Positions 55,141 to 63,648 of a stretch of DNA of 64,000 nt are shown here, one piece after another. Made by a program: the position numbers and the translations under genes. The notes beneath the pieces were generated by a model, which had not been told where the DNA came from, did not search any database, and saw nothing but the letters and a program-made list of their open reading frames with translations. The stretch is from a virus, in IMG/VR virus record IMGVR_UViG_3300031372_000005, positions 15,545 through 79,544 of that record, one strand, 5' to 3'. How positions within the stretch are numbered: position 1 is the stretch's first letter; every line of letters starts with the position of its first letter.

Positions 55141-55735
55141 TCACAATCTCCTTACAGATTTCGTAAAGGATATCATCACTGACTTCTCCTTTCATAAGAT
55201 TGTATTGCCAAATAACAAGTCTAACATTTGACTTCAAATAACCTATAGAAGAATCTATTCGGTCAATTGATGGTGCAAAAGGGTTGCATTTATATTCTTC
55301 TACACTATTAAAATCAAATGCGATTCCAGTAACTGAGCATGTGTCTTGTGATTGGAGCATATCAAAGATGTACTCATCGGTCAAGTCAGTTTCACTATCA
55401 AATTTAGAAGACCTTCTTTTTGCAGTCTTCATCATTGATTTAGCTCTACCCCATTTTGATTTGTAATAATCCCTTAATCGTAAGGTGTTTATCTCTCGAT
55501 TATCTTCAGCATATTTCCTTTGTCGCTTAAGTCTAGAAGATCTTTTCTTTTCATCCATACTATCTAGACGATTCTGTTCGAGTACACAGTCTCGGCATCG
55601 TTTACCCATAGGACTTCCGTTGTCCCTAAGATAATACTCACTATAATCTTTTTCTATTTCACATATAGAGCAGATTCGTTTACCGTCCTCAGAATGCCAT
55701 TTTCTTTGTCCCCCTTTACCACTCAAAGTAATCAC
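55118..55735 (-). CDS. putative homing endonuclease (His-Me finger-like)
   Basis: CSIC...CRDC; CSVTG...PSIDRIDSSIGYLKSNVRLV..QYN..K. Confidence 0.75.
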   Translation of the reverse strand: MITLSGKGGQRKWHSEDGKRICSICEIEKDYSEYYLRDNGSPMGKRCRDCVLEQNRLDSMDEKKRSSRLKRQRKYAEDNREINTLRLRDYYKSKWGRAKSMMKTAKRRSSKFDSETDLTDEYIFDMLQSQDTCSVTGIAFDFNSVEEYKCNPFAPSIDRIDSSIGYLKSNVRLVIWQYNLMKGEVSDDILYEICKEIVNAREEVV

Positions 55736-55751
55736 TCCTTATTTTAATATT

Positions 55752-57506
55752 TTAAAAGTCAACCATGTGTGCGGGTACTTCTAGATTCTCAACTAAAGGC
55801 AACTCAAGACTAAGTGTTTCTTCTGCATAAGGATCAGATGTTGCAAACAAATGCGTTGTATTGTGATCATATCGCAACCATCCAGCTTCACCCGTATTAC
55901 CTGTGCGGCGACATTTTACCAATTGAAGCTTAGTAGCTGATTTTTTAATCGGGCATTCATTCATTTTATCCCGACTCAAAAGAATTGTATTAAATGCAAT
56001 TTGATTCAGACTTGAAGAACCCATGAGTGAATATTCAGTAACAGCGTGTGGATTCTCATCAGATGGCTTACGCATATGGCTTACTGCAATAACGCAAGTA
56101 TCTGTTTCTTTTGCAAATTTCAAAAGCGTATCCATAAATTCAATGATCGCACCATTGTCACTACTGTTAACACCGGCCTGAACAGGATCAATAATGATTA
56201 CATCACAATTCTCAGCCTTGGCAAGATAACTCAACTTATCAAAAATCTCAGCGGTTGAAATGCTACCTTGATGATCAACATACACGAACTGATCTTTCTT
56301 TGCAAGATTTTCAAAGAAGCGACTCTTGAGCGCATTAATATCTACGTTATCTCGATTGACTGTGCGCAGATTCATGCCGGAGTCAAGTGAGAGGAGATCA
56401 CGAACCACCTCACGTTTAGTGCCTTCGAGATACATTGCCCCCACTTTAAAACGTGTGTTTTCAATCAGGTGAAAAACGACGTTGTTGATAATCGAACTCT
56501 TACCGATTGAGGTCAAGGCCCCAACTAGAGTAATTTCACCCTTTTCCATTCCACCATTCATCATTTCGTTAAGATGTGACCATGATGCGGGAAAAGGAAT
56601 TTTTACGTTGTTGTCTTCAGACTCAAAGTCTTCCCACATTTGACTAAGGTGTAAAACATCCACTCGACTAAACGGAACAGCTTTCCAAAACAATTGCTTA
56701 AGTTCAGATGCTCGGTTAGCCTTAAGCATGTCTGATGCATCTTTAATTCCTTGTGGAAACTTTGCAATGAATGCCTTGCCCGGAGTTAATAGACGTGCAG
56801 CTTCTTCTACGTACTTTTGTGCTGATTCATCTCCGTCAAAGGCCAACACTACTTTAGAAAAACTATTGATATATTCAAAATTCGCTTTAAATTGTTTGAT
56901 AATACTGCCATCACCACAAGTTACACTCACAACTGGTGTCCAATATTCCACACCATCTTTTTTTGAATACAAGGTTTGTGCAAACGCGAGGGCGTCTTCT
57001 TCTCCGGTTACCACAACAAGATATTTTTGACCAGCCTCAAATACTGATTGACCAAATAGCTCATTTGTTGCTTTGGTGCTTCCAATCCCTACAAAATCCT
57101 TTGGTGCCAAACGTTTTTTGAATCCTACAATTTTACCATCAGATGTAGATGGGTAGTATCGGGCTTTTACATCAAATTCATTTTCAATTTCTGTATGAAC
57201 ACCGTATTTAGCAGATACTGGTTGACCAATACCACGTTCTTTCCATCCCCGAAAAGGGATAGTTTGAATCTCTGAAAAATCTACGACTTCTGACACCTTG
57301 TTTCTCCCCTCTTTAATTTTAATTCCAACTTCCTCAAGTTCTGCATGACTAAAGTAATTAGTACACACGAAACAATAGGCATCGTTTACTTTTTCACCAT
57401 CAATCTCCTTCTGATACACTGCCATCCCGTCTGAAGATGTGCAATCATCTCCAATGCAGGCAGCGTGATACAAAAGCTCTCCATCAGGCATCTTAGATCT
57501 ACTCAA
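55752..57506 (-). CDS. primase-helicase (T7 gp4-like)
   Basis: N-terminal Zn finger, TOPRIM (TGEEDA, AFDGDE), Walker A GALTSIGKS, IIIDP, KCRRTG. Confidence 0.92.
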   Translation of the reverse strand: MSRSKMPDGELLYHAACIGDDCTSSDGMAVYQKEIDGEKVNDAYCFVCTNYFSHAELEEVGIKIKEGRNKVSEVVDFSEIQTIPFRGWKERGIGQPVSAKYGVHTEIENEFDVKARYYPSTSDGKIVGFKKRLAPKDFVGIGSTKATNELFGQSVFEAGQKYLVVVTGEEDALAFAQTLYSKKDGVEYWTPVVSVTCGDGSIIKQFKANFEYINSFSKVVLAFDGDESAQKYVEEAARLLTPGKAFIAKFPQGIKDASDMLKANRASELKQLFWKAVPFSRVDVLHLSQMWEDFESEDNNVKIPFPASWSHLNEMMNGGMEKGEITLVGALTSIGKSSIINNVVFHLIENTRFKVGAMYLEGTKREVVRDLLSLDSGMNLRTVNRDNVDINALKSRFFENLAKKDQFVYVDHQGSISTAEIFDKLSYLAKAENCDVIIIDPVQAGVNSSDNGAIIEFMDTLLKFAKETDTCVIAVSHMRKPSDENPHAVTEYSLMGSSSLNQIAFNTILLSRDKMNECPIKKSATKLQLVKCRRTGNTGEAGWLRYDHNTTHLFATSDPYAEETLSLELPLVENLEVPAHMVDF

Positions 57507-57523
57507 AACAATCCCCTCCCAAT

Positions 57524-57706
57524 CTACTTACTAACCACTTCCTCAATCGTCTGAGCAAAGAATCCACACTCACTCTTCACAGGTATAGCCACAGCCTCCA
57601 CAATCCACGCCTGATTCTTCGCTTTTGGTTCTGCGAGGAATCTTACACAAGATTGTTTTCTATTGCAACCTGTTCCCTTACAAAGACAGATGTCAGGAAT
57701 TGTCAT
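57524..57706 (-). CDS. small Cys-rich protein
   Basis: DICLC.GTGC.RK.SC.RF. Confidence 0.6.
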   Translation of the reverse strand: MTIPDICLCKGTGCNRKQSCVRFLAEPKAKNQAWIVEAVAIPVKSECGFFAQTIEEVVSK

Positions 57707-57881
57707 AAGGAAATCTTGTAGGCGAGACTATCTTAGCAGAATCAATCTCAAGCATATCAATAATAATTTCAACCAATGTCACAAGTTTATCTACATCATA
57801 ACCACCACCTCTTTCTGTGGCTTTCTTTGACTTTTCTAAAGACTTCTCTAATAGATTCTTTACTTGTTGATTATTCATCAC
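57693..57881 (-). CDS. hypothetical protein
   Basis: GGAG RBS; coupled overlaps. Confidence 0.55.
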   Translation of the reverse strand: MMNNQQVKNLLEKSLEKSKKATERGGGYDVDKLVTLVEIIIDMLEIDSAKIVSPTRFPYDNS

Positions 57882-58054
57882 TTTTCTCCCATTTTAGGCT
57901 TAGCATACAATTCACACGTAACATTTCGTGGCAAATTCTTCTCACATTCACTGATAGCTTTCTTGGCAGCATCAAGTGTTGGTTTTGGAGTCAACCCAAG
58001 AATCCCAACCAGTAGGAACCACCCAACTACCACACCCGCTAAAAAGTTTGCCAT
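57878..58054 (-). CDS. membrane-anchored protein, 58 aa (not in ORF track)
   Basis: MANFLAGVVVGWFLLVGILG...ECEKNLPRNVTC; ATGA coupling. Confidence 0.7.
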   Translation of the reverse strand: MANFLAGVVVGWFLLVGILGLTPKPTLDAAKKAISECEKNLPRNVTCELYAKPKMGEK

Positions 58055-58305
58055 CACCGCATCCCCTCAATCAGTGAAATAGCCTCAGAAATAGAGCTAC
58101 GACTCCCCTCATCAATGCCCTCTTGGTATGCCTCAGCTTTCTCCTCTTCGTGCGTATTAAGCATCTCTACGCTCGGATAAGAGGCTATTTTGTCCACTAA
58201 ATCTGACAGGCAATAGCTGCCTGCATAAAGTAGCCCAGAATTTGCGTAGTCTATAAGTTCTTCGGCTGAATAATGTACAAAACGGTTTTGTACATCAATA
58301 ATCAT
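58054..58305 (-). CDS. hypothetical protein
   Basis: Coupled overlaps on both sides. Confidence 0.65.
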   Translation of the reverse strand: MIIDVQNRFVHYSAEELIDYANSGLLYAGSYCLSDLVDKIASYPSVEMLNTHEEEKAEAYQEGIDEGSRSSISEAISLIEGMR

Positions 58306-58460
58306 TTTAGTTTCTTTTCAATAGTAGAAATTGTATCTTTGATATCCCAATAGATATCAGCATGTTCATCCTCATTTGGACTTTTATCAAAATAGTCGAA
58401 GTAATCTAAACTGTCCTCTAGCAAAGATTTAATGGTTTCTAGGGCTTCTGATTTGGTCAT
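58302..58460 (-). CDS. hypothetical protein, 52 aa (not in ORF track)
   Basis: GAGGAG RBS; MTKSEALETIKSLLEDSLDY... Confidence 0.65.
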   Translation of the reverse strand: MTKSEALETIKSLLEDSLDYFDYFDKSPNEDEHADIYWDIKDTISTIEKKLK

Positions 58461-58639
58461 TACTTATTCTCCTCTTTTCGAATTACGCGATAACTAACGC
58501 CATTCCTATACTCAGGATTTTCAACAGTGACCCAACCAATACTTGTCTTACACTGGACCACATACTTCTTATTTTTAGCAATTGACAGAAAGTCCTCTGA
58601 CATTCTCTCGTCTTCAGCACAAAGCTCTGTTAGGTGCAT
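58460..58639 (-). CDS. hypothetical protein, 59 aa (not in ORF track)
   Basis: AGGAG RBS; MHLTELCAEDERMSEDF... Confidence 0.65.
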   Translation of the reverse strand: MHLTELCAEDERMSEDFLSIAKNKKYVVQCKTSIGWVTVENPEYRNGVSYRVIRKEENK

Positions 58640-58679
58640 CTTTTCTCTCCTAAATTAATTTCTATTAAACCTTCTCAAG

Positions 58680-58987
58680 ATCGTACCACATCAGAAGGTG
58701 GTGTCAAGGGTTTCCTTACCAAAAATTTCGTTCAAATCGTCTTCAACTGCTTTAATGTAGCCTTGTTTCCATTTCTCAGACTGGTTAGCATCATAGCCAA
58801 ATTCCTCCATGTATGCTTTGTAGCCAAGCTCGTAGTCATTCATCTCATCCCCTCTTCCGTTATACACATTTGCTTTCGATGTGCCAAGATTAGCATTGCT
58901 GAGAGGGGTAGTCAAGGGGAATTTTCAAAGAATTTTTGAGAAAGGTGTGAGGAAGAGGTTGACAGAGAGGTATGTGGGATGTAAAGT
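58680..58987. promoter_or_regulatory. divergent promoter cluster at strand switch
   Basis: - strand TTGACA-N16-TACGAT (58707-58680) and TTGACT-N17-TAATCT (about 58916-58888); + strand TTGACA-N17-TAAAGT (58959-58987). Confidence 0.75.
58691..58843 (-). CDS. hypothetical protein
   Basis: GAGGGG RBS; MNDYELGYKAYMEEFG...WKQGY. Confidence 0.6.
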   Translation of the reverse strand: MNDYELGYKAYMEEFGYDANQSEKWKQGYIKAVEDDLNEIFGKETLDTTF

Positions 58988-59013
58988 GGGGGAAATTAAT
59001 GAGGAGAAACACC

Positions 59014-59148
59014 ATGAGAGTCTACATTCTGTGTTCGGTTGCTGGTCACTATAAAGGTGTGTTTAAGACACGTAAGGAAGCTGAAGAGCATGCTGTCAAT
59101 GAGGAGATGCTTGGGTATGAAGTCTTTTTGGATGTGCTGAATAAATGA
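59014..59148 (+). CDS. early hypothetical protein, 44 aa (not in ORF track)
   Basis: GAGGAG RBS; MRVYILCSVAGHYKGVFKTRKEAEE. Confidence 0.7.
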   Translation: MRVYILCSVAGHYKGVFKTRKEAEEHAVNEEMLGYEVFLDVLNK

Positions 59149-59348
59149 AAATCTTTAAACACATTCCACACAAATGCTGTTACAGAGTCTCAGGAAACAA
59201 CGGATTGACACACAGTCCTTGTGAGAAGACTTGCATTTTGTGTGGGGAATCTATTCACTTGCCTTGGGGTGGTTTCTTAAAGGATAATGCTAAGTGGTTG
59301 GATGGGAAATTTCCTTGGAGAACAAAATTAAAAAGAAATTTAAGATAA
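59145..59348 (+). CDS. early Cys-rich hypothetical protein
   Basis: ATGA coupling; HKCC...CILCG. Confidence 0.55.
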   Translation: MKIFKHIPHKCCYRVSGNNGLTHSPCEKTCILCGESIHLPWGGFLKDNAKWLDGKFPWRTKLKRNLR

Positions 59349-59521
59349 TCGACGCATCAACTGGTCATAAATTCAAGCTGACAATTGGACAGATGATTAT
59401 TATGAATTCTGATGGTGTGTTTATGTTGGTTGGTGGCATGAATGACTATTATCTGAGCATTAAGAAGCTTTCTGATGTCTGTCCGAGATATGATGTCGTC
59501 TGGTTGGGAGAAGATAAATGA
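59294..59521 (+). CDS. early hypothetical protein
   Basis: ORF fills operon gap; start uncertain. Confidence 0.5.
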   Translation: MVGWEISLENKIKKKFKIIDASTGHKFKLTIGQMIIMNSDGVFMLVGGMNDYYLSIKKLSDVCPRYDVVWLGEDK

Positions 59522-59802
59522 ACAACCTTAAAGCTTGGTACGTTACACACTTGCATTCAGGGAAGAAGTGGTCTTCTGTTGTTCTAAGTAAATCACGCTA
59601 TCTTGCCAGTACATATGTTCAAGGTGAGGTGCTGAATGTAGAGGAATCTTGGGGTAAGTCTGTTAGAGAAGGTGGAATTCTGTCTAGTAGTGGTTGGGCT
59701 ATTGGATTCTTTGACAATGAGAATAAAAAAGATTATGAAGTGAGTGAAGAGTGGAGGCAGTATTTGATTCGTAGGCATTTTGATGATGGGATTGAGGATT
59801 GA
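59518..59802 (+). CDS. early hypothetical protein
   Basis: ATGA coupling. Confidence 0.65.
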   Translation: MNNLKAWYVTHLHSGKKWSSVVLSKSRYLASTYVQGEVLNVEESWGKSVREGGILSSSGWAIGFFDNENKKDYEVSEEWRQYLIRRHFDDGIED

Positions 59803-59805
59803 TTA

Positions 59806-60018
59806 ATGAAAAGATCACGATGGTGGAAAGGCTTCTTACGGGCTGAAACAGAAGTCAAATCTGGTGTATCTAGAATATCTATTGAAATTGATCACGTAAC
59901 ATTCCACTATCTTGAGGGTGGTTCTTCTGGTTACGCTGGTGAGGACGGTCAATACCTCCGTGGCATGAAAGATTACGTAAAGCAATATGAAACTGTAATC
60001 AAGGAGGTTTTGGTATGA
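59806..60018 (+). CDS. early hypothetical protein
   Basis: GAGG RBS. Confidence 0.65.
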   Translation: MKRSRWWKGFLRAETEVKSGVSRISIEIDHVTFHYLEGGSSGYAGEDGQYLRGMKDYVKQYETVIKEVLV

Positions 60019-60407
60019 TCGAAGCAATCGTAGAAGTATGGTGTTCACCTCTTCGCCAAGAAGATTATTCCATAAAAATAATCCCTCTGTGTGCTGGAGA
60101 TTTGCTTAATGTAGAGGATGACATTATAGATTATATCCAATGGGACTTCTATCTAAACACCTTTGGTGTTGACTACCTTGAAGTTAAAGGTTTATGGAAA
60201 GTGGTGTTCAAGATTTCTGTAGCATACACCGCAGTCTGGACATATGATGGGCCTGATGACGATGTAGATATTGGACAAGAAGTGTTGTTCAAAGGTCAGT
60301 GCCAAGAATGGACAGAAATGAAATACATTTGGCTTGAGTTGAATGGGAAGATTGAAGATTATTTCAGAAAGCCTTGGAAGAAACATTTGGGGTTGTATAA
60401 GGATTGA
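60015..60407 (+). CDS. early hypothetical protein
   Basis: GGAGG RBS, ATGA coupling. Confidence 0.7.
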   Translation: MIEAIVEVWCSPLRQEDYSIKIIPLCAGDLLNVEDDIIDYIQWDFYLNTFGVDYLEVKGLWKVVFKISVAYTAVWTYDGPDDDVDIGQEVLFKGQCQEWTEMKYIWLELNGKIEDYFRKPWKKHLGLYKD

Positions 60408-60462
60408 TTCAATTTAGGTATCAATAAACCCCAATAGATAAAAACTTAACATCAATAAAAGC

Positions 60463-60497
60463 TTGCAATATCGACCATTATTTTGCTATAGTGGTCG
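60463..60497 (+). promoter_or_regulatory. promoter with inverted repeat over the -10 box
   Basis: TTGCAA-N18-TATAGT with TG; CGACCATTAT/ATAGTGGTCG palindrome. Confidence 0.65.
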
Positions 60498-60960
60498 TTC
60501 AGTTCTTCTAACGGCAACGAAATTAGAATTGATCGTACAGAGTTTGTCGGGACTACAACGCTTGGCTCTGTATTAAAACGTGTAAAAGGAATGGTACTAG
60601 ACACAGCCGTAGCTCGTAATCTGGAATCGGCGTACTGGCTCCCGCACAAGGGGAGAATGACAGATAAGAAAGACAGCTTGCCCTGATTCTTTCTCCAGCA
60701 CAATATTCTACCTATGGTGTATTGTGAGTTGCCTACACGCAACTATCTAACCTCGTCTGAATTAGGAAGGGACAGCAATGTCTTTTCATAGGGCAGTGAA
60801 GGAAGGGTCGGATGTGAGCCTATATGTTCTCTAAGCAGTGTTAGCCGAAGGGTTAACAGAAGATGATGTTTATCTTTTAACTGTATGGGAATATATAGGG
60901 TAGCTCTATCCAGATTTCTTCCTGAACTGATTAGGAAGTATAAAACTTATAAGTATAAAT
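60497..60960 (+). ncRNA. candidate large structured ncRNA (RNA2)
   Basis: No credible ORF; consecutive helices with G-U pairs on + strand; GCAA tetraloops; multibranch closed by CTATATGTTCTC/GGGAATATATAG; possible 5'-3' pairing 60499-505/60924-930. Confidence 0.55.
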
Positions 60961-61044
60961 AGTTAAGTAACACAACAACACACCAGTGACCGTAGCAACA
61001 ATCTTAGATCTGGAGTAAAACCATAAATAATCCAGAGAAAAGAA

Positions 61045-61436
61045 ATGAAATTATCGAAGCAAGAGATGGAAGAGTTATTTAAGCTCAATGGATATTACGT
61101 ATATATCTGTTACGTCAACGAAGAGCCTGTGTATGTAGGGAAGGGTAAAGGAAAAAGACTCCTACACTGTACATCAGGAAGAAGTCATAATAAAAATTAA
61201 ATACTGCATTGTCAGATTATGGACCTAAAGCCTTTTCAGTGCACATAGTCTACAGAGGACTTGATGAACGAAAGTCTTTAGAAGAAGAAAGAAAACTTAT
61301 AAAATACTTCCTTGTGCAAGGTTACGAACTGTATAACTGTGACCCCGGAACACTGTGGTTTGACCCCCAAGTAAACTACTCTAATATAATAGATTATGAA
61401 AACATTCCTGAGTGGGTCACAGAAAAGATTGAGTAA
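61045..61436 (+). pseudogene. frameshifted small GIY-YIG nuclease
   Basis: YYVYIC...VYVGKGKGKR to TAA 61200; -1 frame continues KLNTALSDYG...EEERKLI...LYN; break lies in an A5 run. Confidence 0.65.
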
Positions 61437-61446
61437 TTTTTTACAC

Positions 61447-61482
61447 AAGCGCCTTGACGGGCGCTTTTCTTTGGGCTAGACT
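61447..61482 (+). terminator. terminator overlapped by promoter
   Basis: AAGCGCC-TTGACG-GGCGCTT-TTCTTT; TTGACG-N17-TAGACT. Confidence 0.7.
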
Positions 61483-61589
61483 TTGATTCAGCTACACAAA
61501 GCGCTTCAATTCCACATTACCCGTTCCAGTTGGTGCAGCTTGGAAAGAAGCAGATGGCACTATCATGCAACGTAAAATGAGTGTATGAA

Positions 61590-61673
61590 ATGAACATTGA
61601 CTTCTACGCAGGATTCATCTGAGGCTTTATTTGCCTATACTTGACACAACGTTATCTTTGGATTAAGAAATAA
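61590..61673 (+). pseudogene. small membrane ORF with in-frame TGA
   Basis: MNIDFYAGFI*GFICLYLTQRYLWIKK; final TAA overlaps next ATG. Confidence 0.4.
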
Positions 61674-61765
61674 TGTTCTTTCTACTATGTTTTCTATTGT
61701 ATCCAACTATGATTCTGTGCATAATGATGACAACCAACGATAAACACGATCCACGAAGGAATTAA
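61673..61765 (+). CDS. small hydrophobic peptide, 30 aa
   Basis: TAATG coupling; MFFLLCFLLYPTMILCIMM... Confidence 0.4.
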   Translation: MFFLLCFLLYPTMILCIMMTTNDKHDPRRN

Positions 61766-61766
61766 A

Positions 61767-61967
61767 ATGAATAAATCATACGGCTTCACGCTAGATGCTG
61801 ACAACTTCATCCAAGTTGATGACACACGCTTCTTTGATATTAAGGCTGATAAAGAATCTTTAGGTCGTTTCATCAAAGACCTTGAATTATTTAAAAAACT
61901 AGAAGAAGCTGGTCTAGGATATTGGGTGCAAGATGAATTTATTATTGAAAAAGATGAGGAGTTTTAA
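61767..61967 (+). CDS. early hypothetical protein
   Basis: AAGGA RBS. Confidence 0.65.
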   Translation: MNKSYGFTLDADNFIQVDDTRFFDIKADKESLGRFIKDLELFKKLEEAGLGYWVQDEFIIEKDEEF

Positions 61968-62150
61968 ATGATCACTAAAGAACGTAAAGAAGAAATCATA
62001 GCTGAGATTGCCTATTCAGTTAACCGTTGTATTGATAAACAATCAACTCTTTCTGTCTGCTTGGAAGACCTTCTGAGTAAAGATGAGCAAGATTGGTTTC
62101 AAGAAAATTGTTTTTGTAGTTACATCATAGAATGTGGAGATATAAAATGA
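61968..62150 (+). CDS. early hypothetical protein
   Basis: GAGGAG RBS. Confidence 0.65.
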   Translation: MITKERKEEIIAEIAYSVNRCIDKQSTLSVCLEDLLSKDEQDWFQENCFCSYIIECGDIK

Positions 62151-62365
62151 GCCGTCAATTTTATGAAACAAGTGTATATGTCATTCGGCACGTATCTACA
62201 GGTAAGTTGATTAAGTTCGGAAGTAAATGTGGATGGGCAGGTACGGGGGCAGCTAAAAATGCATTCAATCTGCATATGCACACCTATTTTGGACGTACCT
62301 ACCTTGACAGCAGTAAAGGATTATATGATGCCCAAGATGAATTTGTGATTGAGGAGGTTGGATAA
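62147..62365 (+). CDS. early hypothetical protein
   Basis: GGAG RBS before ATG 62147. Confidence 0.65.
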   Translation: MSRQFYETSVYVIRHVSTGKLIKFGSKCGWAGTGAAKNAFNLHMHTYFGRTYLDSSKGLYDAQDEFVIEEVG

Positions 62366-62556
62366 TGAAAGTTGTAGAGTTTATAAAATGGCTTGAGCAA
62401 CAGAATCAAAATCTTGAAGTGTGTGTTATTCAAGTGGGTGAGGGGTATGATGCAGAGGGTGAATACTATAAAGAGCCTTTTTCTGTATGCTTTGATGATC
62501 CAAAAGCTCAATCTAGGCAAACAAACCTATCGCTAATTTTAGGGCTAGACAGATGA
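62365..62556 (+). CDS. early hypothetical protein
   Basis: GAGG RBS; MKVVEFIKWLEQQNQNLEV. Confidence 0.65.
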   Translation: MKVVEFIKWLEQQNQNLEVCVIQVGEGYDAEGEYYKEPFSVCFDDPKAQSRQTNLSLILGLDR

Positions 62557-62699
62557 ATAATATCGACGAGAAAGCACTGAAAGCAGCTACAGAAATCATG
62601 CAGCTTCTCACACCACCTATGCCTGAAAGTCAATTGAAGGCTAAGATTCAGTGTGTTATTGTAAAGTTATTGGAGAGTAGTGCTAATGCTAAAAATTAA
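62553..62699 (+). CDS. early hypothetical protein, 48 aa (not in ORF track)
   Basis: ATGA coupling; MNNIDEKALKAATEIMQLL... Confidence 0.6.
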   Translation: MNNIDEKALKAATEIMQLLTPPMPESQLKAKIQCVIVKLLESSANAKN

Positions 62700-62889
62700 A
62701 GATTTGAAAATTCGTCAACGTTTTTATGCAATGGATAGTCAAGGAGAACCTTATGGTTTCACAACGTACGGTTCACCTGCCGAAATCAATGGTGTTTGGA
62801 CTGTTGACTGCACAGACGATGGTGATTACTGCTTTACATTTACAGAAGAAGACGAAGCTATTTTATTTCTGACAGATAGTTTGGAGTAA
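62686..62889 (+). CDS. early hypothetical protein
   Basis: GGAG RBS. Confidence 0.6.
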   Translation: MLKIKDLKIRQRFYAMDSQGEPYGFTTYGSPAEINGVWTVDCTDDGDYCFTFTEEDEAILFLTDSLE

Positions 62890-62895
62890 CAAGAA

Positions 62896-63165
62896 ATGAC
62901 TATTGCATTTGAAAATTACAGCGATTTTGATGAATGGTGTGGCAAAAATGGTTACGACCCAGAACAAGAGATAGATATGGAGGAAGAAAGCTGTAAGCGA
63001 GATGTCTTGCGTACCTTCTACCTTGAGAACTCTGTCGATGGAAGCTATGCCTCTGTGTCTGTGGTAGTCAGTGATGACTGGGGATGGACAGATATCAGTG
63101 TTGACGAAGGCTTTGAGAGGAAGACGATTATCACCACAAAAAATGTCTACACCCTTAAAAAATAG
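62896..63165 (+). CDS. early acidic hypothetical protein
   Basis: GGAG RBS. Confidence 0.65.
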   Translation: MTIAFENYSDFDEWCGKNGYDPEQEIDMEEESCKRDVLRTFYLENSVDGSYASVSVVVSDDWGWTDISVDEGFERKTIITTKNVYTLKK

Positions 63166-63176
63166 AAAATTCCTAT

Positions 63177-63229
63177 AGCCACCTAGCGAAGGTATTGAAA
63201 AATACTATTTCCTAGGTGGCTTTTTCTTT
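63177..63229 (+). terminator. intrinsic terminator
   Basis: AGCCACCTAG...CTAGGTGGCT-TTTTCTTT. Confidence 0.7.
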
Positions 63230-63274
63230 GCCATAATAATCTCACTGAAGTAAAACAACCTAGAGGATTCCACC

Positions 63275-63415
63275 ATGTACCAAGTCATCAACAAGCAAAC
63301 CCAAGCAATCGTTGGCACCTACAAGACTCGTAACACTGCACGAAATGCAGCTGATCGTAAAGACATGAAGTATGGTGCATACGTTCACGCTGTTCGCTTT
63401 GTGGAGGTGGTGTGA
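63275..63415 (+). CDS. early hypothetical protein, 46 aa (not in ORF track)
   Basis: GAGGA RBS; MYQVINKQTQAIVGTYKTRNTARNAADRKD. Confidence 0.7.
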   Translation: MYQVINKQTQAIVGTYKTRNTARNAADRKDMKYGAYVHAVRFVEVV

Positions 63416-63648
63416 TGGCTCATAATCCTTTTGGTAGAATCTTGTGCCCAATGTGTGAATATTTCGTAGATGGGAGTGATTGTGCTAAGTGTGGTTGGGA
63501 GCAAGAGGAATATCTTGAAGACCCTGTAGACAAGTTAATAGGCTTGGTTCAGGTAGGTATTGATGACTTGTATGCAACGGGTGCAGTTTGCTTATCTGGG
63601 GAGCTTAAAGCTCGACTTGAGAAATTAATTGAGGATAATAAGCTATGA
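63415..63648 (+). CDS. small Zn-finger protein
   Basis: CPMC...CAKC; GGAGG RBS. Confidence 0.65.
   Translation: MAHNPFGRILCPMCEYFVDGSDCAKCGWEQEEYLEDPVDKLIGLVQVGIDDLYATGAVCLSGELKARLEKLIEDNKL

Noticed and set aside
9797-57506. Inteins or introns in terL, nrdA, nrdB, polymerase or helicase
   Set aside because: All are continuous ORFs of ordinary length with no intein terminal motifs.
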